DNA of 63,691 nt, the filler included, from Intoshia linei (lineage: Eukaryota; Animalia; Orthonectida): the NCBI GenBank assembly GCA_001642005.1. It is 10 parts of 10 records of this genome, joined end to end, with 100 filler letters (N's around TTAATTAATTAA, not from the genome) between each part and the next. Parts side by side here need not be neighbours in the genome. Positions count along the whole stretch, not along the records: positions 9,832 to 29,737 come from LWCA01000712.1; positions 29,838 to 40,859 come from LWCA01001227.1; 8 more parts are not named here. One strand, written 5' to 3'. The notes below the pieces were generated by a model. It was not told the origin of the DNA, did no database searches, and saw nothing but the letters and a program-made list of their open reading frames with translations. This document shows, one piece after another, positions 27,712 to 40,180 of the stretch (within the stretch, counting starts at the first letter, position 1; each line of letters starts with the position of its first letter). The translations under genes were made by a program, and so were the position numbers.

Positions 27712-30700
27712 TATTTTTATTTTATATTAACATTAGTAAAAATATTGTACAATATTGATTTAAATTGTGAACATATATTCTAATATTGAACCAAAATTAC
27801 TTAACATAAAATTATAAAATAATATAAAAATTATTATTATTAATTTGTTCAAATATACTTTGGCAGTTTTGTGATCCAAAATATAAACTGCACTCGTATT
27901 ATTAATTTCAAGATCTGGTCCTTTTTGTAAAACATCTATAATAATTGGTGGAATGTATTTAGTAGGTCCATGAATAACCCACTCTTCACCGGCAACTCTT
28001 TTTTTACCCTTAAAATAATTGAATAAATTAAAAATGAATATATAATATCATATAAAGTAAACGACCGACGTATGGTCTACAGATTTGCAACACTGTCGCA
28101 AGCACGATCCAAATCAAACTAAGATCGATATTTTGAATCGTGCTTTGGATCGTGTTAAAGAATTCTTATGACAACTAAAAGCTTTCAATAAGTAATTTAA
28201 TGGGATGTAAAATAAAAATGGTCCAATAATGTTTATCTTAAGAAAAGTTTTGACAATATTGCTGCATTTTACTCTCTACAACATCTATCGAACTTGAATG
28301 TCTGTGTGGGTTACCGTTTAATTAAAAAATTAAGAGTGTTAGAATTATAAAAACGCAAAATTTAATACATTTCATCAAATGATGCAGTATGACCAATTTA
28401 ATTCTCAAAAATTGAAACCTTAAAAAAAAACATGAATTTAAAAAATTAAAAAAATAATTTATAAAACTTACATAATCATCTAAAACTAACTAAAACATCT
28501 TTGTCGACAACATTAATTTTAGCTAACAATAAAATGGATTAATTGTAATTGAGAACATAAATAATTTTAACATTTGATAAAATTTCGTAAGGCATGACAA
28601 AATATATGCACGATCCGACCAGTTGATTAGACTTGTGAATATTATTTGAGTTTGTTTTCGGATTAAAGACATTACTGACATTTATATATTCATTATCTTT
28701 AATAACGCGCCATACGACTCGTCTAATAATCTAAAAAAATATTATACATAAATACAAACGAATAGATTTTAGTATAAAAATACCCGTTCATTTATAGAAG
28801 CGAAATAATATGATGTTATTTCATGAGTGATTTTCCAAATATCTTCAACTTTTCTATTAACTTTGAAAAATTTGTCGTATTTTTTTTTAAACAAAGTACG
28901 TTTAACACAAACTAAACAAATGTAAAATGTAATGGTACACTTACAGTTGGCTCCATAAAGGTAGTTTGAAATTTTTTGACTATCTTACAATTTTCGTCAT
29001 CCACATAATATAGATAATTATAATCTCTGTGAACACTCCAATTTTGACCACATTTTCGTTCAATTCCTTCATAATCAATAAAATCCGTTAGGACTTCCAA
29101 ATGCAAAACATCTGATATAGTCATAGTTTCAGGCAAAACGGATTCAGTAATAACCTCTTCATTTATGACTAGTGTGTACATGTTTAAAATGATATTTAAC
29201 CAAATTTGTCATATAATTTTAATAATTACCATCCTTAGTCAGCACGCCGTCGCTATTATAAACTTTGTACAGTACCCATGTATCATCAGTGTGTCTTTGT
29301 ACACCCAGAACATCAACCAGATCCCATCTTGCTTAAAGTCGAATTTTACGTTCTTTTGTTATTGTAGGATAGAATCTCGGTTTTAAAATCAGCTTTTCTC
29401 CGGAAGTTTCTCAGGAGTTTCTCTCCTGGTCAGATTACTCTTTGATATAAGGTACTTTGAAGGATTCCTTTTATTATAATAATCATTGTCCAACAAAATG
29501 ACATTTTTTTTTGCCTTTTTTTGAAATTTTTTTTATTACTAATGTTAGAATATCTAACGATAAAGACATCATCGTAAAAATTGTTTTGATTCTATTTCAA
29601 ATGAACCAATTATGAAAATTTAAATAACCCTTATTTTTGTAAATTTAACTTAATTTTTTTAATATATACCTTAAATAACATTCAAATAAATTAGTTTATA
29701 TATTTTTTGTTTATCAATAGATAATATTTTGTAATATNNNNNNNNNNNNNNNNNNNNNNNNNNNNNNNNNNNNNNNNNNNNTTAATTAATTAANNNNNNN
29801 NNNNNNNNNNNNNNNNNNNNNNNNNNNNNNNNNNNNNAATTATTATCATTGTGATTGTAATTTGATGCGTATGAACATATCAAAATTTGCCTAGTTAAAA
29901 AATAATCGCCCTAGTAATAAGTTAATTTTATTATCAATTGTTTTGTGAAATCTTAATTTTGGAAAGTTTAAAAATATTTAGACAGTGCAAAACTTTTATT
30001 TATACTGTAATCCTTTGAAACCACGAAACATTGAAGACATTCATTATGAAACGTTGCAACGTTTGGTTTTATTAACGTAGTGTCAATTCATTACAATCCC
30101 TTAAAAGTGTGTATTGTCTCTTTTTAGTCACCATTATAAATCTTAAAATAAAAAAAATTATGTAAATTAGAATGTGTTAATATGTATATTTAAAATAAAT
30201 TAATATTAGAGAGATGAATGGGACAAACACGGAAAATGTGCAGTAAAATTAAGAGCTTTAAATACAATGCACAAATATTTTGCATTTTCGATTGGTTTGT
30301 ATAAAGATCTCAATGTTTTGGGGTATGATTTTTCATTTTATAATACTGTATTCCTTCTCAATATCTCCAGTTTAAACGTGAACTTTATATACACAGTTTA
30401 TGGATTATATAAATATTTTTATTTGAACTGTTGACTTTCAAGTGGTCAATTCTCTTTAATTTGATGGATTTATTGAAAAAAAATATATATTAATATAATT
30501 TGAATCGGCAATATATGTATCTTACGATAGTGGTTCTGAACCGGGTGCATAATGAATTTTTGGTTGCACAGAATTATTGTCAATTTTTTTAAATTATATT
30601 AATAGATTAATTAATTTTTTTTTAAATGAGTCAAATTACATAAATTATATTTTTATTATCAACAAAAATAGAAGATATAAAATATAATTTCATTTTGTCA

Positions 30701-31591
30701 TTACTTAACGAAATAATTTTCTTTCATCAACTCTTTTTACATGTTCGTGTAAATAAAAAAATTTTATGTTTCGGATTACGTTTGCAGTAATAATTAATTA
30801 ATTTAATTAAAAACGTTGTTTGAGGACACACGTTAATAATAAACTATAAACCCATAAATGTACATTTGATTATTAGAAAATTGAACTCAGCCGGAATTAC
30901 TCCAAAATGCACATCTACTTACACGGTACATATTAATTCAAATATTGGTTAAATTTGCATATATTTAGATAATTCAACTCACTGCCGCATTGCCCTCTAA
31001 TGCGGTATTACTATGCCAAAAGCTTGTAATTACATTTTATAATTTAAATACAACGGTACAATAAATTATTCAGATTAGATTGAGACGGGCCGACATTTTC
31101 CCGGTCATACCCGTTAAGTAACTTAAATTTTTCGCTGATATTAATCTTTAAATCATGATCCATTTCCGCTCTAAGTAGCGATATACTAGCCATTGCAAAC
31201 AAACGCAATGGATGACAAGATATAAATAGAATTGAATATGAACCAATTACAAGATATATAATTATATATCCTAATTATAATTAATCCCATTGCCAGTTAA
31301 GATATTTTGAATAACTACTAATTATGAATTATTGTACTATGTTTTTCTGTTATACGTACATATTTATTTTTATTTTTGATATAGCAAGGTAAAGATTATT
31401 TAATTGGTATTCAATTTTGCGTTAAACTAAACTTGAGCCTAACCTGTCAAATGGATACTTCAACGATAAAAAACTTGTGCACTGCGCCGAACATTTATTT
31501 TGCCGACAAGAAATGCTAATGAACTCTAATTATTAAACTTTACTTTACAGCACTTATTATTATTAGTTTATTATTAATACACTCTCTAGAA

Positions 31592-31660
31592 CAGCCATTC
31601 TCAACGGGGTCTATGTGGACCCCTTAGGGTCTACAGCACTTTTTTGGGGGTCCATGAAAA
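31592..31660 (+). mobile_element. 5' end of the hAT MITE family seen at 13704
   Basis: CAGCCATTCTCAACGGGGTCTATGTGGACCCC preceded by a TCTAGA-containing site. Confidence 0.7.
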
Positions 31661-31805
31661 TTATATACATTTATTATATATTATAGACATTTTCAGTAAC
31701 ATAAAGTGGTTTTTAAAACATAGAGGCTTAGAAATACTAATATAAAACGTGAAAATCATGTAAAAGTAAATTACTTAGTGTTAAATTAAATTACTTACGC
31801 TGAGA

Positions 31806-32470
31806 TTAGGAAATTTTTTTTAATGATGGTAATACCTTTGGTAATCCATTGTTATTGTATTGTCTATTCAATTCACATAAAAATTGTTTAACCAATCCAA
31901 GTTTTATATGAAGTGGTGGTAAAATTATTTTGTTTTTATTTATTAATAGAGCATGTATATTATATTTATTAGTATCCTTACTCTGCCGGTTATGCCATAT
32001 ATATTTTAAATAATGGTATGATGATTTTCGTGAGTCAAAATGACATAGGAAGCACTGATATTTAATATATCCACTTTGAAACCGACACACAATGTTTAAA
32101 ACCTTTAAATCGCAGGAAAGAGACCATTAATGCTGTGAATAATTAATTAACGAGAATATTATTTTCAGATTTGCGTATGATTTGGTCATAGTTATTGAGT
32201 ATAAAAGAGGTATAGTTTTATATTGATTTTTATGATAAATTAGACAACACTTCACATTTATGGTTGATGAATCGATGAAGAGTCACTTGATATATATAAA
32301 ACGTTAAGTTCTTTCATGAGACCCAAAATATTAATATAATAAACTGCATCATTGTTTTTTTGGAAAAATTTTAAAAATACATCTCCACGATGTCTATGAT
32401 TCGTCGAAAAAACTACACCATATCACTTGTCTAATTTTTTAAGATTAGAAACCAAATACTCAGAGTTACC
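31806..32470 (-). mobile_element. Degenerate Chapaev3-like (CMC) transposase
   Basis: LFIDSS...WSLSCDLKVL..FQSGYIKYQCFLCHFDSR...ILPPLHIKLGLVKQF, with stops. Family label is from recalled motifs. Confidence 0.75.
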
Positions 32471-33270
32471 CGTCTTAGAATTTTATAAAGCCCACATTTC
32501 AATTACAATTTTTTCGGGAGTGCTCGCAAACTAAATTTCAACCTCCTAAACTCACATCTTATGGGTCAAAAACCCAAATTGTCCTTTTTTTTGAAAATCT
32601 TTACTACAGCCATGTCAAACTTGGGTCCAGAGGGCCGTATACGGCTCATTTAAAATTTAAGTGCGGCCCGCCGTGAATTTGTATATGTATATATTATATA
32701 ATATTTACATTATTAAATATTCCAAATTGAATAGTTTATCATTTTCAGACTTAAACTCCATATAGATCTACATCAACCTCCTAAACTCACATCTTATGGG
32801 TCAAAAACCCAAATTGTCCTTTTTTTTGAAAATCAAACAAGTTGGAGAATTTAAAAAAATATACGCTGATATGAATTTTATAATCATAAACATTATCATA
32901 AATTTAAATTTAAAAAAACTATATCTTCAGGGCCAAAACCACAAATTACCCTTCTTTTTTCAAGACAACAGCCCTAGAATTTAAAAAAATTTACAGATGG
33001 TACAGTTGTATCCTGTTAACACGCATAAAAAATTTCAATCCGAATAAGTAACGACTTCATGGTCAAAAAAGTATTTTAGTATTAATATATTTTTTTCCGA
33101 GATATTTTATTAAAACAAAAAATGTGAAATAATTAACAGTCCGAAAATAAAAAAAAAAATTAATTTGATAAAGCTTATTCCAGTTGATATAAATACAAAA
33201 GTTCAACCGAGAAATCCACGCATTTCCGATGAAAAATAATTTTTAATATATTATCAACCAATATTATCCA
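32470..33270 (+). mobile_element. Helitron-like family internal segment, interrupted at 32600-32772
   Basis: High similarity to 7300-7700 and 56490-57050. Confidence 0.7.
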
Positions 33271-33468
33271 TATATAATAGATTTAAATACTAAATCTAAC
33301 TATCATTGATTATTAAAATGGTGACATGAACTGTAATTGATAATGTTGATTAAACAGACTAGCCTCATTTAGTATATTATCATAAATGGTTTACTGACAT
33401 AAATAAACATTCTACAACTTCATATTAAATAAACGTATCCTATATATTTTGCAACAGAAAAGTATAAA

Positions 33469-36400
33469 ATGATGTCTATACGTTTTACCATATCATTAAT
33501 TTTGTTTTCTATTCTGGTAGTATGCAGTGGTATGTTTATTTTATCATTAACTGTTAATTTTTGAAGTCAATGAAATACCATTTTTAAATTCAATATCAAA
33601 TTTTTTGAAATGACTAAAAATACAATTTTTAAATTTAAAAATCAAATGGGTGTTTCAATAGAAATAAAAATATTCATAAACCGTCTATAAAACTAAATAA
33701 ATAAATGAAATTTAAATATATTATTTGAATTGTTACATTCGTAAATCATAAGATGCGTTTGGCACAATTATGAACTGAAGGAACTTGGGATAATAACTTT
33801 AAAAAGAAAAATTAATGGTGTATTCCATTAATGTTATATATATAACATTAATGGAATACACATATAATATATGTATGTTACTAAGTGATTATTTTTAGCT
33901 AAAACTGTAAAGAAACAGGAAGGTTTTCATTTAATATCGTTGACATTACATTTTAATTACTATAATATTATGTAATTATATATTAACACTATCTGTGTTG
34001 TAAGGTCTCACATTTATATGAAAAATACATTATTCACAATGTACCTGTTCCTGCACGGAATAGCTAAAAATTTAAAATAAAATAGTATTTTTGTGGTACA
34101 AAAAATAAAAAAAATTGATCTACACGACTCTAAGTGAAATGGTATACAGTTAGTTTTCAATTTTCCCGCAGCAAACATTAAATTTACTGGAAAAAAAGAT
34201 TTAAATTCAAATTTTTTTAACCTTTGAATTTCTTACATAAACTTAATGTTAATCATTTTAATTGATTAACGTTACTTGATATTACAATTTATTCATATCA
34301 CATAATTATCTCTTTTTTGTATGTTATAATTAATTGTGAACTATATGCCTATATAAGCATTGATTATTATAATTATTATTTATTATAAGCCTTATATCAT
34401 TTCAGATACAAAATGAAAATAATTTCATATTAGATAAGAAACAGTCAATACTAAATGAGAATATATAGAATACTGAATTCTAACTTATTAAGTATTATTA
34501 TAAACAGTACATTATTATGTAAGTAATCCTTATTTATATAATATGCTACGCAATATTTGTTTGTGTGTGTCTCTGTGTGTGTTACCGTTTATTTCAATAA
34601 CTATCAGTCTTAGAATTTTATAAAGGCCACATTTCAATTACAGTTTTTTCCAGAGGTGTTAGCAAAATAAATTTCAACCTCCCAAACTCACATTTTTCAA
34701 GTCAAAAACTCCAATTATCTTTTTTTTTTGAAAATCAAACGAGTTGGAGAATTGAAAACAATATATACTCTAATACGGATTTTAAAATCATCAATTTTAG
34801 TTTAAAAAAATATATCTTCAGGGCCAAAACCTCAAATTACCCTTTTTTTTTTTAATGAAAACAGCCATAGAATTTCAAAAAATTTCAATTTAATTAAGTG
34901 ACGACTTCACGGTCAAAAATGCATTTTAGTATTCATATATTTTTTTTCCGAAATATTTTATTAAAACAAAATATGTGAAATANATTGAATAGTTTATCAT
35001 TTTCAGACTTAAACTCCATATAGATCTACATATATGTAGATCAGTGACATGATTAAAAGCATGCTTATTAAATAATGATAATTAACAATGAATTCTAAAT
35101 TTGTATTAATACATGCGATCCATCTCAAATTAAAATTCTAGTTTTATCATTTGAAGATTAATTATAAAAAATCAATCTTGCACAATGAATACAAAACTAT
35201 TTAAAAAAAAATTCCAGGATAGAATTATAATGACGAAATAAGAACTCGCCAATTTTACTCTGTAACCGACGACGCTAATTATTTCTATTATCTTTTGAAT
35301 AATCTTAGCATCGCTGACGGAAAAATTTTTTCAAAAATAAAAAAAACCATGGCCGCTCGAATTCAAAACATATTTACGATTTTTTTCTCGATTGCGATTT
35401 TTACAGTTCGCTAAAATATTCAACTCAAAACAAATCTCTGAGCCAATACGTGAATTTATATTACGTCTCAATGTAAAATTCAAAATTTCTGAATTTGATA
35501 GTTGAAGATATTGAACTATACAAATATGTAACCCTAATGGGTGTCAAAAACTGGAGATTTGGAGTTATAATCAAATTCAAAAATAAATTTGACGAAATTT
35601 GCCTGTTTAAATTTTATCACTATTTTTCGTAACCATTCAATAATTTGATAAAATTCGCAATTAAAATAGTAGCTATATTTGTCTGTACATGGGTATGAGG
35701 GTGTCACATTTTTTCGAAAATTTTAGAATTTGATGAATGGTTAGTACTAACTGTGTGTATTTTTAAAAAACAAACTCTATAACATAATCAAAAACGACTA
35801 AAAATAGATATTCGCTGTGCGTTTAACATTTTAAATAAACGATTACAAATCTTATAGTAAAATTATATTATCATTTTACTTTTTTTTAAAAACAGTGTTA
35901 TAGTGAATTGTCATGGTGTACAGAGTATTGTATTAATCACCGTTTTTAACTAAACATCTTACTGTTTTAATTTTCATTTTAGTTGTCTTAGTTCGATTTT
36001 TATCAATAATTGAATTTCTTAAATTTTGTGTATAAGTGAAAAAAAATTTAGAAAATTCAATAGCCACACATATAGTCATACATAATAGTCAAACGTATAG
36101 TTACAATTCATGATTTAAGCACTGTTCAGCTCATATTTCATCATAAAACAATTATATTTATTGTGTAGTTATTATTTTTATCCACATTTGACATTTTGAT
36201 ATGAACGTTAGAATATATTTGTGAGGTAATTTTCTACCCCACTCGAGTAGTTACGTGTTAAAAAATATAAGGTGAACGGATTGCCAGTAGATCCAGTAGA
36301 TTTCCATTGGAAAAAGTTCAATTATTTTTCTACTACTACTGATTACCGAAAGAAATGAATCTTACTATCAATTTAAAAATTAATTTTCAGTTATCTCAAA

Positions 36401-38692
36401 ATATAAATTTAATTTTATCAAAATTGCCAATGCGCTACCTTGAATGACGCATCGCGCCACGTGTGGCGCATGTGCCATAGGTTGGCCACCCCGCGTGTAA
36501 ACGAATTTGATTAAGAATACAAAATAAATAAAATTATTTTTTGCACCCATTTTGGGAACCATTCATTTATTTATTTAGTTAAAAGTGGTAATAATTTAAT
36601 AATTATTAATTATATTAAATTATAGTGATCAATTATCACTGATAATACTGAGATAAATATATACATTTGTATTTTACTTATATTTTTTTATTATAATATT
36701 CAAATTTCGTTTGTTTGTGTATCCATACCAGGGGTTAGAAACTTTACATCTCGTGAGACACTTTTTTATATCAAAAAATTCTAGGTTAAAAGAAGGTTAA
36801 GGAAAGGTTAAAATTTAAAGTTCTAGCCATTTTTTTAAAAATTTCTAATATATTTTCAGATTTGGGTTAATTAATAAAATTCGTAGATTTATTGATCGCC
36901 ATATATTTCGTACATTTAATATTATATCTCCATAAAGGTGACAACTTGTCCAAAAAGTGGTCACTTTTCGAGAGTTTACTGTATTTATTTTTTTTTTAAT
37001 TTTAAAAAAAATTGTAATTTAGGTTTTTAACCCTGATGCATTCACTTTTGGAGAATAAAACATAGATATAAACATAATATGTGAAAAAATCTATTCTAAA
37101 TTGGGATTTTTAAATTTTAAGATTGTCATTTTTTAAATAATAGGTAAACACACAGATATTCAAATTGTAACTATGCTCGCATTTATAAATATTATTTTAT
37201 ACAACTGATTTATCTGTTCCCATTATTTTTACATCATTTAGCCTGTAAATTTTAATAAATAGTGATTATTAAAACTGTATTTGGACATATTCATTTCTAT
37301 ATACATATTTACCATAATATTTTAATATAATTGTTATTCTAGTGAGTATATAATTTATTGCATTATATATTATATGCAATTACATGCATGTAAAAATAAA
37401 AAATTATCTTCTTATATTATACAATAGTTCGTATATTAAAATTATAAATATGACTTTTAGAAATTTTATTTTATTCATTCATAATATTACTTCAGTTTGT
37501 AATTACTAATTAAAATAAAAATTTGATATTGAATATGGCTAATGGCATATTCAATTTAAATATGTAAAGTGAATGGGGTGAATATTAGTTTATCAGTTTT
37601 TAAAGTTAATCTGAATTTGCTGAAATTCACCTTGAACAGATGTACTATTATTATATTCATTATATTAACTCTAACACTCAAAAAATATAAAATTAGTTGG
37701 TAAATATTAATTTATATATACCAAAAAATGTACTTTTCCATACTTTTACACATCTTAACGTCCCATTCAAATCTAGTTTAATGCATACTTTAATTGGATT
37801 ATTTACACAATTATTTACAGTAGATTAGACTCCAAACGAACGGGAACATGTATACTTTTAAACGATGAATTTCCACATTGTAAAATTATTGAAAATAGCA
37901 AATTAATTTCGATTGGACACTTTCCAATGTCTATATAATTAAATTATAATTTAGGAAGTATTTTTATTAATATTTAAAAATTTCCACATTTACGCTTGTT
38001 GTAAATTTGCTTTTCAAATATTTTTGTGGTCTTTCCAACATTAACCAATGTTATAAAATTAATAATTGCAACAGGATACCTAAATGACTTGTATAATCAT
38101 CCTTTCTCTGAAGCAAAATTACATTATAGTTGGTAAGATATGTATTATTTGCAATAATGTATGTAGTTTAATTTATCATGCTAGCAAACGTTGTCACTGA
38201 AATGTATTTATATTATAAATAAAATTGATCAATTTATATATTGTACTGCCTTTTATTTTTATAATAAACATAATAAATAAGGATGATATTAAAATTTGTA
38301 AAACAACGAAATATTCAAATCGTATAATAATATGATATGATAGGTATAAATGAAAAGATGAAAAGTCAGGGATGGATAGCTGGCATTTTATGGCCAAATT
38401 GTTAAAATAGTTAATTTTACATCATTAATGATGAACAGATTGACAAAAATGTTAAATAAGATTCTTATCTTAAATAAGCTAAATATTGATTCTAAATATC
38501 AATAATAATGATTATTATAATTATATACTTATCTAGGAAGTAATTATTTTTCTGGATAACTAATGTTTTACATTATATGAATTAATTATATTCATAAAGC
38601 AAGTAAATTTTATTTACATTAAATGTTAGTATATTAATATATGAATAAATTAAAAATGTTTATTTTAGAAGGTATATAATATTGAAGATTAG
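33469..38692 (+). CDS. Candidate secreted micro-exon gene: signal-peptide exon 33469-33529, 24-nt exon 33899-33922, then a run of 2-21-nt exons at 36860-38671
   Basis: MMSIRFTISLILFSILVVCS followed by G|GTATGT; ttttag-24nt-GT exon; ten AG-NNN-GTA motifs at 37242-38671; at least one stop-free spliced path exists. Exact exon set is not resolvable from DNA alone. Confidence 0.5.
34527..34982 (+). mobile_element. Helitron-like 5' portion
   Basis: A|TCCTTATTTATATAATATGCTACGC...TTTGTTTGTGTGTGTCTCTGTG start; body shared with the 7213 copy. Confidence 0.7.
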
Positions 38693-38862
38693 AAAAAAAA
38701 TGGCTACAAAGACTTATTAAAATAATTTAATTATTTCACTTAATTTTTTGATGAATGTATAATATTTGAAAGGGAAGATGTAATGACATCGTCATATCAT
38801 TAATCCTTAATTTAACTTTATAATAACTTTATTTAGTTTTAAAATAATATTTTAATGTATAT

Positions 38863-40180
38863 TAGGGCTGTTCTTTTTTTACAAAAATTGATTTTTGCTA
38901 TAAATACCCTATACCACGGTAAAGAGGGTACTTGAAAACCCCTATAAAATATATTTTTAGAAAAATGTACCGTAAAAACATTAAGCTATTTTACTTTTTA
39001 AGGTTTTCTCGCGCTTTTCCCCCTTTTTCTTAAACGGTGCCAATGATTTTATTTTAAACTTGGATACGATGAATGTACGACTCACTAAGACATATACCAA
39101 ATTTGGAGTGAAAAAATGAATATTTAACTTCACAGAGTGTTTTTTCCATAAAAAGGGGTTTTTGTAATATTGGTCAAATATAAAAATTCCAAAATTTATA
39201 ATTACAAAAATAATAACTGTGCAAGTTTGTGTGTGTAATTATTAAATTGGGTTATTTACGTTTTAAATACATTTTAATGAAAAAAAGTAATATAAACTCT
39301 CTAGAAGCCGAGCTAAAAAATTAAACTGTATTTATTCTAATCGATTAATTTTTATAAAAATTGTATGACGATATGTAAAATGTGACGCAGATTCGTGACA
39401 GGTGAGTGTAGTTTTTTTGTATTATTAGTTTCTGCGTTTAAATTAATTTAAATCACAAAAAATAACGAAAATACTTTATTATCTTCAAAAAATATATATT
39501 TTATGATTAATCATGGAAAAAATTATTAATGGTGTTGAAATTCAAAGTAATTTAAAATTGAAACGAATAATTCTGTTATTATAAAAATGAAATTAGTTTA
39601 TTAATTCACCAATAATTGTCTAATCTTTTTCAACCTCTTAATGTTAACTATCATTATCTGACGAAATGATCAAGCATTCCTTTAATGTTGTTTCTCCCAA
39701 TTTTAAGTTATTGAAGAATTATAAATCTTAGATTTGTTTATTCGTCAAATTGTTAAAAGTGCTAATTGTGTAATTTTAACAATTGTCTGGTTTTATTTAG
39801 TTTTTCCATTTATATTTGTCATTGATTTTGGTTTATTATATTAATCATTTTATTTCAGTAATATGGAAGTGAGGCTCGATATGCATGCCGATTGATAATA
39901 TATAAAATTATGTTGTTTAAAGTTCAATATAAAACTAAATTTTTGTAACTAAAAAATAATCTAAAATTTATAATATATGTAACCAAATGAATTATAATAT
40001 TACGCTAATTAACGACTAAGTTAAAAATAAGTATCACTTATTATATAGTATTATTAAGTTATTAATGGAATTCCGCTTAATGTTTTTTGAGAATTGAGAA
40101 TTTTTAATAACGGCATATTATTTTTCATATATCAGCATACTCTCTGCTCATGTGCTAATTTTTGTTTCTGAACAGCCCTA
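38863..40180. mobile_element. hATm-like non-autonomous element (1318 bp) with perfect 8-bp TSD ATGTATAT
   Basis: TIRs TAGGGCTGTTC / GAACAGCCCTA; ATGTATAT at 38855-38862 and 40181-40188; a related 5' end is at about 55290. Confidence 0.88.

Larger units (their letters stand above)
25179..29440 (-). pseudogene. MVP: Major vault protein (MVP) homologue, intron-containing, with multiple nonsense and frameshift lesions
   Basis: Vault repeats (VLHLEVLTDFIDYEGIERKCGQNWSV; GKKRVAGEEWVIHGPTKYIP), RVIFGPQFV, LLFLGPN..VTTLDHASLQL, shoulder SSIRSIVSRIPFEEFHK, cap ISKSVHLAIDILSQSREAEAK. In-frame stops at 29333-35, 28539-41, 26745-47, 26726-28, 26648-50, 26062-64, a spliced TGA at 26382/26315 and a frameshift at 28880-88. 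Confidence 0.85.

Noticed and set aside
25179-29440. Stop-codon reassignment (TAA=Gln, TGA=Trp) suggested by the in-frame stops in MVP
   Set aside because: Long exons of other genes (436, 764 and 227 codons) have no in-frame stops, TAA and TGA terminate LIN9, TMEM256, RPL31, BBS2 and the MFS gene, and MVP also has frameshifts. Pseudogenisation is the simpler explanation.
36860-36865. 6-nt exon ATTTGG as a firm member of the micro-exon gene
   Set aside because: It lies just inside a hAT-like terminus (36729) and has a weaker donor; kept as optional only, and it does not affect the frame.
38194-38397. Minus-strand 67-aa ORF overlapping the micro-exon array
   Set aside because: It has no ATG start and an AT-driven composition; the splice-signal evidence is on the plus strand.
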